A DNA stretch of 64,000 nt from a virus: IMG/VR virus record IMGVR_UViG_3300017963_000029, positions 18,688 through 82,687 of that record; one strand, written 5' to 3'. Both the position numbers and the translations under genes were made by a program. Under the pieces are notes generated by a model. That model had not been told where the DNA came from. It made no database searches and was given only the letters and a program-made list of their open reading frames with translations. This document shows, in pieces, positions 49,322 through 58,669 of the stretch (positions are counted from its first letter, which is position 1; every line of letters begins with the position of its first letter).

Positions 49322-50948
49322 CAGTTGTTCTGTGCGTTGAAACGTTTGTGTTCCAATACATCCATGGAGAAAGCCGCATCCGCCATTTCTCGTAGTCCTT
49401 CTACGAGATTTTTCGCGTTTCGATCGTAGGCGTCTTTAAAATATTCATCTCTATGAGGGGAATACAACAGAATACAGAAGCACTGTGTAAGATCTTTCAG
49501 CCAGGGATGATCGTTCATTAACTCCAAGGCTAAATCCGGTATGTTGTCCTGTTTCATCTCTTCTGCGGTGGTCTGGTAGCCTGGCTTGTACTCATATTTA
49601 TCCGCTTCCTTGAAAGCGGCATCGACGATCCTATCTACTTCGTTTTTATATTCTTGCTCAGTCATAGCGTCACCAACGTCCCGTCCGGGTTGCGCGTGAA
49701 CTCCGTGGAGGCCTTTCGGTACCGGTCTTCATCGGCAACGAGCCACATCAGGTACTCGAGGTGTCTCTCTGCCTCCTTGGGTTTCTGTTCTCCCAGAGCT
49801 ATCGCGGCCTCCCGTGCGGCCAGTTGCGCGCGGTTGTAGACCGGGAGCCGGCGGTGCGCGTCGGCGTAGACCTTGAGCAGCCGGTCCAGTTCCTCATCGT
49901 ACTCGCGCTTGGTGATGTTCCCGCGGTACTTGACGTTGGCTTCAACATTTTCTCGGTGCTCTCGCCAGAAACCGTAAGGTCTCTTCAGGTCCCGGAGTAT
50001 CTTTCGTGCTTTTTCGGCAACGTAGTCGATGCCTGAGTCCCATTCAATGTGGTCTCGCCGCGCCATCCGGTTGGTGAGGTCCCCGACGTGTTCAACGGCA
50101 TGCGAGAGAAGGCCAGCGTGGAACATCTGCACGTCTTTCATGGCCTCTTCAGGCTCACGTCGTTGAGCCCAGGCCATCTCGTCGAAGGCGACGAGCACAT
50201 CTTCCGGTGGTAGGTCTTTTCTCTTCACCTGATGCGATATCCCTTGCGCTGCATGGCCCTGAGAACCTCCTGCTGTTTTTCTCTGGGGATGCGGGGTTCG
50301 TAAGCGACGTCGATACCCGGCCCGGGACGATAGGCGTCCACGGATATCTCCAGAAGCTCGGCATCCGGGACCACCTCTTGCAGGTCTTCAAGACACTGCT
50401 GCGCGGCTTCCCTGGCCTTTTCGGCAAATACGTCCAGCTCGGCCACGTACAGAACCTTGCGGAGGTGGAGCGTGAACATCGGTATGGATACGGTTCCTTT
50501 GCTGCTCATGAGTACCTCGATCTAAGGCTGGTGGACTCTTCCAGGACCCCTTCCCAGAACTTTTTCTGCTTCGGCCACAATGGCGAACCCGGCTCCAGTT
50601 TCTTTCTTGCTATTTGAGACACCGCGTAGGCGGCGCGATATTCGTCTGGATATCCTTCTCCCAGGTTAGGTAGTTTTCCACTCTTCAGCTTCTCGTTGAA
50701 GACCTTGAGCGCCCATCGTTTACCGTTGTCGTATTCCTTCCGGTGTAACATCATTCTTCCCGCTGCAGTCGATCAACCTTTCGATCGATGCGCTCCAGGT
50801 CCTCGATCACGTTGGGGACGATTACCCTTACCTTGTGCCAGTACCAACCCTGGCCCTTGTTTATAGCATCACGAGCCTGCTTCAACTTGCCGATGGCGTA
50901 GTTCAGCTCGAAGGCGATGGTGCGCCTGGCTTCCTTGCTCGTGTTCAT
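49321..50948 (-). other. five coupled hypothetical CDSs
   Basis: 49321-49665, 49662-50228, 50225-50509, 50506-50754, 50751-50948 with overlapping start/stop. Confidence 0.6.
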
Positions 50949-51394
50949 AACGCCAACACCACCGCCACCCCGATGGCAATCAACGCCGCTCCGGTGGTCC
51001 CGTACAGGAGGTGGACCAGCAGGTTGTTTTTCTCCTTCGCTTCCTCAAGCTGGACCTCGGTGGCAGCAAGTGCCGTGGTCACCTGCCTGGAGGCCTTCTT
51101 CTCCCGGTCGAGCGCGAGCGTTCGTTTCCGGGACTCCTCGTTGCGCTTGTCGAGCGCCTTCGTGCGCTTGTCCACTACCACCAGGCAGGCCTTCAACTTG
51201 CTCTCGGTTTCCAGGTGGTCCTTCTGCAGCCACCGGGGTATCCATGCGCCGGGTTCTTTGGTGTCCGGGTGGACCATGTCCACCGGGTCGGTCTTCTGAG
51301 CGTGGACGGGCTCGCAGCTGACGAACCAGACCAGGAAGGCCACCCCCAGGATGACCATGATGACTTCAAGAGCCTTGGAGTGGGGGGAGATCAT
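50945..51394 (-). CDS. membrane coiled-coil protein (spanin-like)
   Basis: N- and C-terminal hydrophobic segments flanking a coiled coil. Confidence 0.4.
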   Translation of the reverse strand: MISPHSKALEVIMVILGVAFLVWFVSCEPVHAQKTDPVDMVHPDTKEPGAWIPRWLQKDHLETESKLKACLVVVDKRTKALDKRNEESRKRTLALDREKKASRQVTTALAATEVQLEEAKEKNNLLVHLLYGTTGAALIAIGVAVVLAL

Positions 51395-51578
51395 CTCTTT
51401 AGCAATATTTTGATCGTTTCGGCCATAGCGTCGATCGTGTCGGCCATGTCGGCCTTGTCAGGAAGATCTTCTGCGTAGCGGGTCTTCTTTATCTTCTCCG
51501 CTTCGGCCAGAAGAAAAGCGACTCGTTTTCGAAATCGCTCTCTTGACTCGTACCTTTCTTTAACCGCAAACCATACCA

Positions 51579-51977
51579 TTACTGTTCCCTCGCCCTTTCT
51601 TTGGCCCGACGGGCTAGTTCCATATACTCCTTGTGAATCTTGTGCGCCGGCAGCTTTCGGATGCGGCTCAACTCCTCCATGCCGGCGTCTTCGACGCGTT
51701 TGGCCTCGTCTTCCAGTTCTTTCGCCTCCGCTGCCGCCTGGTTCGCGTCCCTCTCGTAGACCGCGCGCTCCCCCCAGTTCCGGGCGGCCAGGAACCGGCT
51801 CTTCGCTGCCTGCTCTCGTACCTTTGCCTGCGCGAGCTCCGCCTCTAGTCTGCGCCCGCGGAGTATCAACAACAAGATGGCAATACCCGCCGCCGCTGCG
51901 CCCAAGATGGCAGGCGGCACGCGTGTGAGTCGATCCCAGACGTTGGCGAAGAAGTTTTTCATCTTTTCTTCGGACAC
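51579..51977 (-). CDS. membrane coiled-coil protein (i-spanin-like)
   Basis: Single N-terminal TM, then helical region. Confidence 0.4.
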   Translation of the reverse strand: MSEEKMKNFFANVWDRLTRVPPAILGAAAAGIAILLLILRGRRLEAELAQAKVREQAAKSRFLAARNWGERAVYERDANQAAAEAKELEDEAKRVEDAGMEELSRIRKLPAHKIHKEYMELARRAKERAREQ

Positions 51978-52390
51978 TCCTTCAAGATGACGGTACCGAC
52001 GCCCGGTACATTCTTCTTTTCGACCTTGCAGCCCTGCCGGCGAAGCTCCGCGATCCTCTTCCGGCTCTGAGCGGCGGTCATTTGCGGCACGGCCTCAAGC
52101 CGGGCCCCCGGGTACTGCGGGTCGGTCCAGGGCGCGAGCTTCACCTGGCGACACCGCGCGAGGTTCTCGCCGCGGGGGGTGAGCTTGACCGTGCGCGTCC
52201 TGCCGCTCGACATCCGGATGAGCCCCGCTCGGTGTAGCTCGTTCTCGACCTTGTAGATCCGCTGGCTGTCGAACCCCTGCGAGCGGACGACGTGTCGGAC
52301 TCCTCCCGCCAGGGTGGGAATGTTGGGGTTGGTGCGCCAGAACTTCACCGCGCACAGGTAGGTCTTGCCGAGTGGTGCTCGTTTACGCAT
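51959..52390 (-). CDS. basic protein with wHTH-like segment
   Basis: ELHRAGLI...VKLTPRG. Confidence 0.5.
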   Translation of the reverse strand: MRKRAPLGKTYLCAVKFWRTNPNIPTLAGGVRHVVRSQGFDSQRIYKVENELHRAGLIRMSSGRTRTVKLTPRGENLARCRQVKLAPWTDPQYPGARLEAVPQMTAAQSRKRIAELRRQGCKVEKKNVPGVGTVILKECPKKR

Positions 52391-52745
52391 TACATTTCCT
52401 CATCTCTTGCCGGGCGTGACGGATGGCACTGCGGAGATCTCGCCCGGTACGGTCTCCCTGCTTGCCGCGTTTCTCGGCCATGTGCCGGTAGTCCTCTGCC
52501 TTGTCGAAGTGCCTGCGCGCCATCGAGCACGAGTTCCGTGCCGCCGCCGACTCCGCGTTCCAGTACTCCTGCTCCGCTCGAGTAGAGGCATCGGCGGCCT
52601 TGAGCTCGCCGGGCTTCAAACGAGGTCCCGGCGCGGGCATCCGGCTTATCAGTCGCGGGAGCAGTATCAGGGACAGGACCCCCAACGTGCTGAGCGTGCC
52701 GAGAACGGCCTTGAGGGTGGTGTCGTTTTCGTCTCGTGTCGCCAT
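52383..52745 (-). CDS. membrane-anchored basic protein
   Basis: N-terminal TM; coupled starts and stops. Confidence 0.55.
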   Translation of the reverse strand: MATRDENDTTLKAVLGTLSTLGVLSLILLPRLISRMPAPGPRLKPGELKAADASTRAEQEYWNAESAAARNSCSMARRHFDKAEDYRHMAEKRGKQGDRTGRDLRSAIRHARQEMRKCNA

Positions 52746-53347
52746 CAGCGGTCCCTGTACACCGGTCGCGCGGCGTAACTTCGCGGGAGCAACCCCTCGC
52801 AGACCGGCCGGCCGCGCCGGGTGGCCACCACCGCCCTGCCACCGGCCTTCAGGTGGCTCCGGATGTCGCGCAAGATCTGCCTGGCCTGGCGCTCGGTGAC
52901 GGTGTTGAGCGTGAAGATGGAGAAGATCTCGTTGAACTTTCCGGTCGGTTTTCGCCCGTGAGAGCGTTTTTTCGGGTATTTGTCGTACCCTACACCCCGG
53001 CAGCGGCCCCTGGCGATGGCCTTCAGGCCCGGTTCGTCGGCCCCGACTCCGTGGTAGAGCACCCTGCAGGTGCCGTTCTTCGGCGCCCGGGTGCGGCGGA
53101 GGTACAGCTGGATGGGCTTGGCCGGCGCTCTGCGCATCCGGGTGGTGGCGCCGGGATCCTTCTCACCGATGGAGAACTGTCCCCAGGAAACCTCTCGATT
53201 CCAGTTTTTCAGGATTTTGTCGAGGTCCCTCCGGTCGAAGACCCATGTGGCCGCGCCATCGGTGGTGAACCAGGGCCTGTCCCGGAACGATACGCACGCC
53301 TGAGAGCCTCCGCTGGCCCGGCGCACGTTGGGGTTGGAGATCCGCAC
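52745..53347 (-). CDS. basic protein with degenerate class I SAM-methyltransferase-like domain
   Basis: VLYHGVG, GYD, KFNEIFSIFTLN, LKAGGRAVVATR. Confidence 0.45.
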   Translation of the reverse strand: MRISNPNVRRASGGSQACVSFRDRPWFTTDGAATWVFDRRDLDKILKNWNREVSWGQFSIGEKDPGATTRMRRAPAKPIQLYLRRTRAPKNGTCRVLYHGVGADEPGLKAIARGRCRGVGYDKYPKKRSHGRKPTGKFNEIFSIFTLNTVTERQARQILRDIRSHLKAGGRAVVATRRGRPVCEGLLPRSYAARPVYRDR

Positions 53348-53359
53348 AGCAGCCGCCTG

Positions 53360-53548
53360 TCAGCGGCACACGGCCCGGACAAACGGCTTCTTGATGACGC
53401 GTCCGGATCTGCTCCGCTTCGGTCTCTGCCCCTGGCAGGCCCACCCGCGGCCAGCGCCCCGGGTAGAGATTCTTTTACTGCCGGCCGGACACCCGCACTT
53501 GGACCAATCCTTTTTCGGGTGCCTCTTGTGCCGCTTTTTAGCAGCCAC
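53360..53548 (-). CDS. Arg/Lys/Cys-rich peptide, paralogue A
   Basis: W..CGCP.GSKR..T.G.GRGWACQ..RPKR...KKPFVRAVC. Confidence 0.75.
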   Translation of the reverse strand: MAAKKRHKRHPKKDWSKCGCPAGSKRISTRGAGRGWACQGQRPKRSRSGRVIKKPFVRAVCR

Positions 53549-53604
53549 GATATTCCTCCGTAATTACGGGTCTATGCTACTTGAAACTCGATACCACGGA
53601 GGTA

Positions 53605-53823
53605 CTACCAGCAGACGGCCCGGACGAACGGCTTCTTGACCAGCTGGGTCTTTCCCCGACGGGAGCCCTTCTTGATCTTGAACCGCTTCGGCCTGTTGCT
53701 CTGGCAGGCCCAGCCGCGCCCGCGACCACCGGTTCTGACGCGCTTGGAACCGTGGGGACAACCGCAATCGGCCCACCGCTGGCGCTTGCGGTGGTTGGTG
53801 GAAGCTCGCTTTCGTCGTGGCAT
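53605..53823 (-). CDS. Arg/Lys/Cys-rich peptide, paralogue B
   Basis: Same core motif as 53360-53548; RBS GGAGG. Confidence 0.75.
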   Translation of the reverse strand: MPRRKRASTNHRKRQRWADCGCPHGSKRVRTGGRGRGWACQSNRPKRFKIKKGSRRGKTQLVKKPFVRAVCW

Positions 53824-53921
53824 GTCTCTACCTCCGTCACCCAGTATACCCGGGAGGGTTCAGATGGTCGATAGTATGATTATTTGAAGAAAAAACTCAA
53901 CATCCGTGCCGATCTCAGCCT

Positions 53922-54092
53922 TTAATTACGTGTTCGACGAACATCTGCACGTTGTTCCCGCTCCGACAACCGGGAGCGCCTCTCCTGCCAGGTCTGGTCC
54001 TTCTCGCGACCCTTACGCCCGTTGCTCTTGTGCGGTTTGCACAGCAGGCAACCAGCGCGCGTATCCTTTGGTCGTCGGCGCTTGTGGTTCAT
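53922..54092 (-). CDS. small basic protein (56 aa)
   Basis: MNHKRRRPKDTRAGCLLCKPHK... Confidence 0.6.
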   Translation of the reverse strand: MNHKRRRPKDTRAGCLLCKPHKSNGRKGREKDQTWQERRSRLSEREQRADVRRTRN

Positions 54093-54274
54093 GTCGTACT
54101 TACCAGATAAGGTCCTCGAGGATTTCTGACGTCCCTCTTTACTCGATGCCGATCACGTATTTTATCCAGGCAGCCTTCGCAGTACCTCTTACTTCTCCCT
54201 CTCGGTTTTCCACAATCCACGCAGCTGCCCTCGCGCAGCTTCTTTTGCTTCCACTTCCATTGTCGGCTGGTCAT
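54089..54274 (-). CDS. small basic zinc-finger protein
   Basis: CVDCG...YCEGC; ATG follows tmRNA CCA after 2 nt. Confidence 0.55.
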   Translation of the reverse strand: MTSRQWKWKQKKLREGSCVDCGKPRGRSKRYCEGCLDKIRDRHRVKRDVRNPRGPYLVSTT

Positions 54275-54276
54275 CT

Positions 54277-54645
54277 TGGTGGAGCCGCCGGGAGTCGAAC
54301 CCGGGTCCAGAAAAGCTCAAAGGCTGCGTCTACGTGCGTGTCTGCTTTTTCGTGTTACCGATGGTAGCAGCGACCAGGGGGCGGCCCGGAGACCACGTCC
54401 ACCACGACCGAAGATCTTGGCTCAAGGCCCGGTCGAACTCCTTGAGTTGCCACCGGCTGATCCACGCCCCGTCGCGAGCCGCCGGCTCTCTCGCGGGGGA
54501 CGCCTAGGCCGCGAGGTCGAGCTTCGCGGCTTCGGAGTTGCCGTTATCGTTGGCGTTTGTGGTTTGGTAACCTTAGTACCCGGGGGTTACCAGCCGGGAC
54601 ACGCAACAGCGTATCTTACTTCCCTGTCGAAACCTTTTCGGCCCC
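54277..54645 (-). ncRNA. ssrA: tmRNA (one-piece, 369 nt)
   Basis: 5' GGGGCCGAAAAGGTTTCGAC; 3' CCGGGTTCGACTCCCGGCGGCTCCACCA (G3-U pair, T-loop, encoded CCA); tag ANDNGNSEAAKLDLAA* at 54554-54504. Confidence 0.95.
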
Positions 54646-54656
54646 TTCTCCTTTCT

Positions 54657-55999
54657 TCACCTCTCCCACCTCGTGCTGTAATGACGTGAAGGCGTCGATT
54701 TGGCGAAACGCATCATGTACCAGTGGACGATCGCCAGGTACATCGCTGTTAGATCCTTTTTCTCGACGGAGTCGCGGATACTCCCCACCACCGAGTCGAC
54801 GATATTAGAAGCGCCGGCCTGCATGAACGGCTCCCACTCTTCGATATGCAAATTCGACTTGTTGACCGCCACGATTTCCGCGAAGGCATACGAGACTACC
54901 TCGCTTATACGGCGGAGATCCGGACACCGCCCTGCGACTTTTTCGAACGGACGTATCCGGGCCTCGAGAGAAGGCACGCGCTTGTTCATCAGCTGGCTCA
55001 AGAAGCCGTCGACAATGGACACCCACATGAACAACATCTGGCGCTCCAGATGGAGATCCCCCTCCAGGTTGAGGCGATCCATCTCGGACAAAACGTGGTC
55101 CCGTCCTTTCTCGAGGAGGAGTTCCCTCCATTTCGAAACGGGCAGTTTGCCGTAGTGAACATCCTCTATTTCCATGAAGCAGAGATCGACGAGCTCTTCA
55201 ATGAGGGCGACTCTTTTTCTCTTGGTCATGTCTGCTCCTTCTTCAGCTGCTCCACTATACCTCGTGCCTCCTTCTCGGTGTAGCCCTGCCGAACATACTC
55301 CTGGATTTTCTCATCATCGCCCAGAGTAGGTGCCGGCGGCGGTTGTGAACCGTTCTTCCCCTTGGCCTTGCGCTCCATCTTCTGGAACTTCTTCGCCAGA
55401 GTGGCCCAGGCCGGATGTTTCGTGGCCGCGCTCGCATCGCCGCCGCGCTGGATGGTCTTCATCATGAAGAGCGCCACCCTCACCTCCTCGATACTGAAGG
55501 TGGTGGCCAGCTGTACGCGTACTCGATTACGGGGTTCGCTCATAACCGGCGTCCTCCATCACCTTCACGATGTCCGGCGGGAACCCCCCGTCCTCTAGCC
55601 ACGCCGCCAGGGTGCGCAGCTTGTAGATGATCTCCTTCTTTTTCTCGACGCGGTTTTCGCCGTCGTCGTTGAGGTCCTCGAGGTCCTCGATTATCTGTAC
55701 GAGCAACGCATTCGGATCCATTATTTATCCTTAAGATATTCTTCCCACACTTCTTCAGGCATATCGTTTTGACCTTCATATAGTTCAGGAAGCCTCTCCG
55801 ATATTTCAGGTATTAGTGCTGGATCATCAACCATCCTTTGACACTTAGGACAATGGCGTTGATTCATATAACTAAAGAAATTTCCGAGAATATACACTTC
55901 ATATTCTGAACTTAAAGCTAAACCACATAACGTGGTTTCTTCCGTCCAACCTATATGGACTACTTGCGTTTCTGGATCTTTTCGCAAAATGGTATTCAC
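54657..55999 (-). other. four hypothetical CDSs upstream of ssrA
   Basis: 54657-55229, 55226-55543, 55527-55721, 55721-55999 (AT-rich, Cys/His motif). Confidence 0.6.
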
Positions 56000-56006
56000 G
56001 GTCCTC

Positions 56007-56123
56007 AGTATAGCCGATTTGCGTAAGCGTGTATAAAAGGTCGTTGACGAAAGTCTAAAAGTTCAGTAAAATCAATAATATAAGTAGTTTTCACTTGCGT
56101 AAACGAATAATGGTGTCTAACCT
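56007..56123. promoter_or_regulatory. divergent promoter region with two operator-like sites
   Basis: Minus TATACT at 56012-56007; plus TTGCGT-N17-TAACCT 56095-56123; motifs at 56018-33 and 56094-109. Confidence 0.55.
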
Positions 56124-56147
56124 GACGTCTGTATAAGTCATGAATAA

Positions 56148-56246
56148 AGGAGGCCAGCGGACCCAGCGGGGTCGGACATTTACCGGATGGAGGTTCATTG
56201 GCATGTCTTTCTCCGTGTCCGACCTCGCTGAACCCGCTGGCCTCCT
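56148..56246 (+). ncRNA. candidate hairpin sRNA with anti-RBS loop
   Basis: 13-bp plus 15-bp stems (one G-U) enclosing a 37-nt loop containing GGCATGTCTTTCTCCG. Confidence 0.55.
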
Positions 56247-56477
56247 GGGCCCATACACCGGAGATGAAAATGAATCGCTGGACTCGGGATAAGGTCATTT
56301 TATGACTATTAAAAAAGTACTAATTTGTAACCGTTGCAAGAAGACCATCACAGTTGCAAAACTACCTAAAACCTGGGCGACTATCACATTAAAACTCCGC
56401 ATCAACTTGAAACAAAAGAAATCCGACATTTGCCCGAAGTGTCTTAAAGCCCATGAAGCTTTTATGAAGGGCACGAA

Positions 56478-56792
56478 ATGAAGTCGTCTTACTTTCGTGA
56501 ACACCCTACAACCGGGATCGTCCACATGGGGCGTACCGAACACACCACCCTGTGTGGCATCCGGTTGTGTGGCTCGTTCAAAAAACAAAGTACATTATCG
56601 TTCGTCGGCAAAAAGATGTGTCGAAACTGCCAGCGCGTTCATCAGAAGGAGGCGAATAAACATAGCCTTTTTCACGGGCTCGAAGAGCGGTGCCGCCGAG
56701 ACGCCGAAGAAAAAATCACACGACTAATCCTTGAAGAACTGGAAGAAGACGAACATGACCAACAAGTGGACCAGGGAGAAGCTCCTCGGTAA
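56478..56792 (+). CDS. small Cys/His protein, paralogue of 55721-55999
   Basis: VH.G.TE.TTLCG...C..CQR. Confidence 0.55.
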   Translation: MKSSYFREHPTTGIVHMGRTEHTTLCGIRLCGSFKKQSTLSFVGKKMCRNCQRVHQKEANKHSLFHGLEERCRRDAEEKITRLILEELEEDEHDQQVDQGEAPR

Positions 56793-57025
56793 TGACGGCA
56801 AGAAGGTCGACGTCCATATGAAGGACGACTACCGCGTCTGCCTGAACATCAATCGCGGGCTCGAGGCCACCGCCGGCGTGGAGGACCGCCACGGCCACCA
56901 CTGGTGGTACGAGGTGTCGCTGATGAACGGCAACGGCACCGAGAAGTACGTGGGTCAGGCCCCAACGCTCAAGGGCGCGAAGAAGCTGGCCACCCAGCAC
57001 GCGAACATCTGAAAAGAAAACCACG

Positions 57026-57331
57026 ATGAGAATGTGGATGGTGAACCCCCGGAAGCTGTGCCGCCAGCACCTGCTGGGAGAACATAACGAGATCCACAAG
57101 TTCGTCGGGGCTCTCAACAAGGATAAGAGCCTGGATGGTTACAAGCCATTCATCGAGATCCACAATCTCCGCGCACGACACGATGCGCTGGTGAAAGAGA
57201 TGCTCCAAAGAGGCTACCGGCACGAATCACCTCTGGCACCCTTCACGAGACGACGCTGGGGTCACATCAACAGAAATCGAGCTTTGATGGACCTGCGGAA
57301 GCGATGCAAAAATTGTTTTAAGCCCTCGTAA
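57026..57331 (+). CDS. pyrimidine-dimer DNA glycosylase-like protein
   Basis: MRMW...LCRQHLLGEH.EIH ... RHDALVKEM..RGY.H. Confidence 0.75.
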   Translation: MRMWMVNPRKLCRQHLLGEHNEIHKFVGALNKDKSLDGYKPFIEIHNLRARHDALVKEMLQRGYRHESPLAPFTRRRWGHINRNRALMDLRKRCKNCFKPS

Positions 57332-57440
57332 TCCTTCACAATTAACTTGCGCTTGCGCAAGTGAATATATAATACTGGACATCCGTCCTTTCTGCGAGGT
57401 TCCTCACGGCCCGACGGGGCCACCAACCGCGGAGAAAGAC

Positions 57441-57878
57441 ATGTCAAGCAAACCTATCGAATCAGTAGCCCAGCTGACACCGCTTTTTCGCAAGGCCTAC
57501 CTGCTCGGAGGTAATGCGATTTTCACCATCGTCAGCAAGGTTAGTTCCTGCCGCTTCACCTACAAGGTGCGGGCCAAGGACGTCGAGAAGGACCGACGCC
57601 TGTATTTCGTCAACGTGCTCACCGGCCCGGAGAACACCAACGACTACCGGTTTATCGGAACCATCTTCCCGGACGGCACGTTCAAGCACGGGTCCCGCAG
57701 CACCATCAGCGCCGACGCCAAGAGCGTGAAGGCCTTCAACTGGTTGTGGACCCACCTCGACGACGAAGAGCGCATCGAGGTCTGGCACAGCGGACGCTGC
57801 TCGCGCTGCCGGCGGCTTCTCACCGACCCCCAGAGCATCGAGCGCGGTATCGGCCCGGTGTGTGCTGGACGAGATTAA
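57441..57878 (+). CDS. DUF6011-like zinc-ribbon protein
   Basis: CSRCRRLLTDPQSIERGIGPVC. Confidence 0.75.
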   Translation: MSSKPIESVAQLTPLFRKAYLLGGNAIFTIVSKVSSCRFTYKVRAKDVEKDRRLYFVNVLTGPENTNDYRFIGTIFPDGTFKHGSRSTISADAKSVKAFNWLWTHLDDEERIEVWHSGRCSRCRRLLTDPQSIERGIGPVCAGRD

Positions 57879-57879
57879 C

Positions 57880-58440
57880 ATGCGCCTCGTCAACAGCACG
57901 CGGTACGATACGCGAAAGCTGCGCACCCTGGTATGCGCGGCCCACGACGACCTCGCCAAAGCTGAAGGGCGGCTGAAGTGCTGGCCTTATCTCATAGTGG
58001 AGTTCGTATACATCCGCAAGGAGTACACCACGCGCAGCATCTCTGGTTACGCCTATTACTACCACGGCCCGGTTCGTATTCGCGTTCCAAAAGATAGCTT
58101 CGACGTGGCATATGCCGCTGCACTCATCCAACATGAACTACTACACGTCTACGGTTATGGTCACGCTGCCATCGGTCATACCCGCACCCGCTTCCGGAAG
58201 CAAAACTACCAGTGGGCCGTTGAGAAAATGGGTACGGAAAGAATGCTTCCCGAATCCCCTGCTCCTTCGAAACCAAAACCCAAGCGCGACATCCAGCGCG
58301 AACGATATGAACGACTGCTGAAGCGCGAGAAGGCATGGACGACCAAGAAAAAACGAGCCGCCACCGCTTTGAAAAAGATAACCAAACAGAAGCGATACTA
58401 CGAGAACCAGTTCAAGAAAGCTGCGGAGAAAACATCATGA
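57880..58440 (+). CDS. HExxH metallopeptidase-like protein
   Basis: IQHELLHVYGYGH. Confidence 0.6.
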   Translation: MRLVNSTRYDTRKLRTLVCAAHDDLAKAEGRLKCWPYLIVEFVYIRKEYTTRSISGYAYYYHGPVRIRVPKDSFDVAYAAALIQHELLHVYGYGHAAIGHTRTRFRKQNYQWAVEKMGTERMLPESPAPSKPKPKRDIQRERYERLLKREKAWTTKKKRAATALKKITKQKRYYENQFKKAAEKTS

Positions 58441-58669
58441 AAACCTACCAGGAAACCATCACCGAAATGACGGAACTGCTAGGTCGCCCGGATGTAGACG
58501 CCCGCCACATCGAGGGGTACATGCGGGTAGAACACGCGACCCTGGACGGCCTGTCCCCCCTGCAGTTCCTGCTGGAAGTCGAGATCGGTATCGCCTGCGT
58601 GGACGCCGATGGCATCATCAACGCGGAACGCAACGCGCAGTCCTTCGGCCTGTAGTAGCGGAGACGAAA

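Noticed and set aside
54277-54645. Host ssrA used as prophage attachment site
   Set aside because: Phage-type genes on both sides; no integrase, duplicated 3' end or host genes seen
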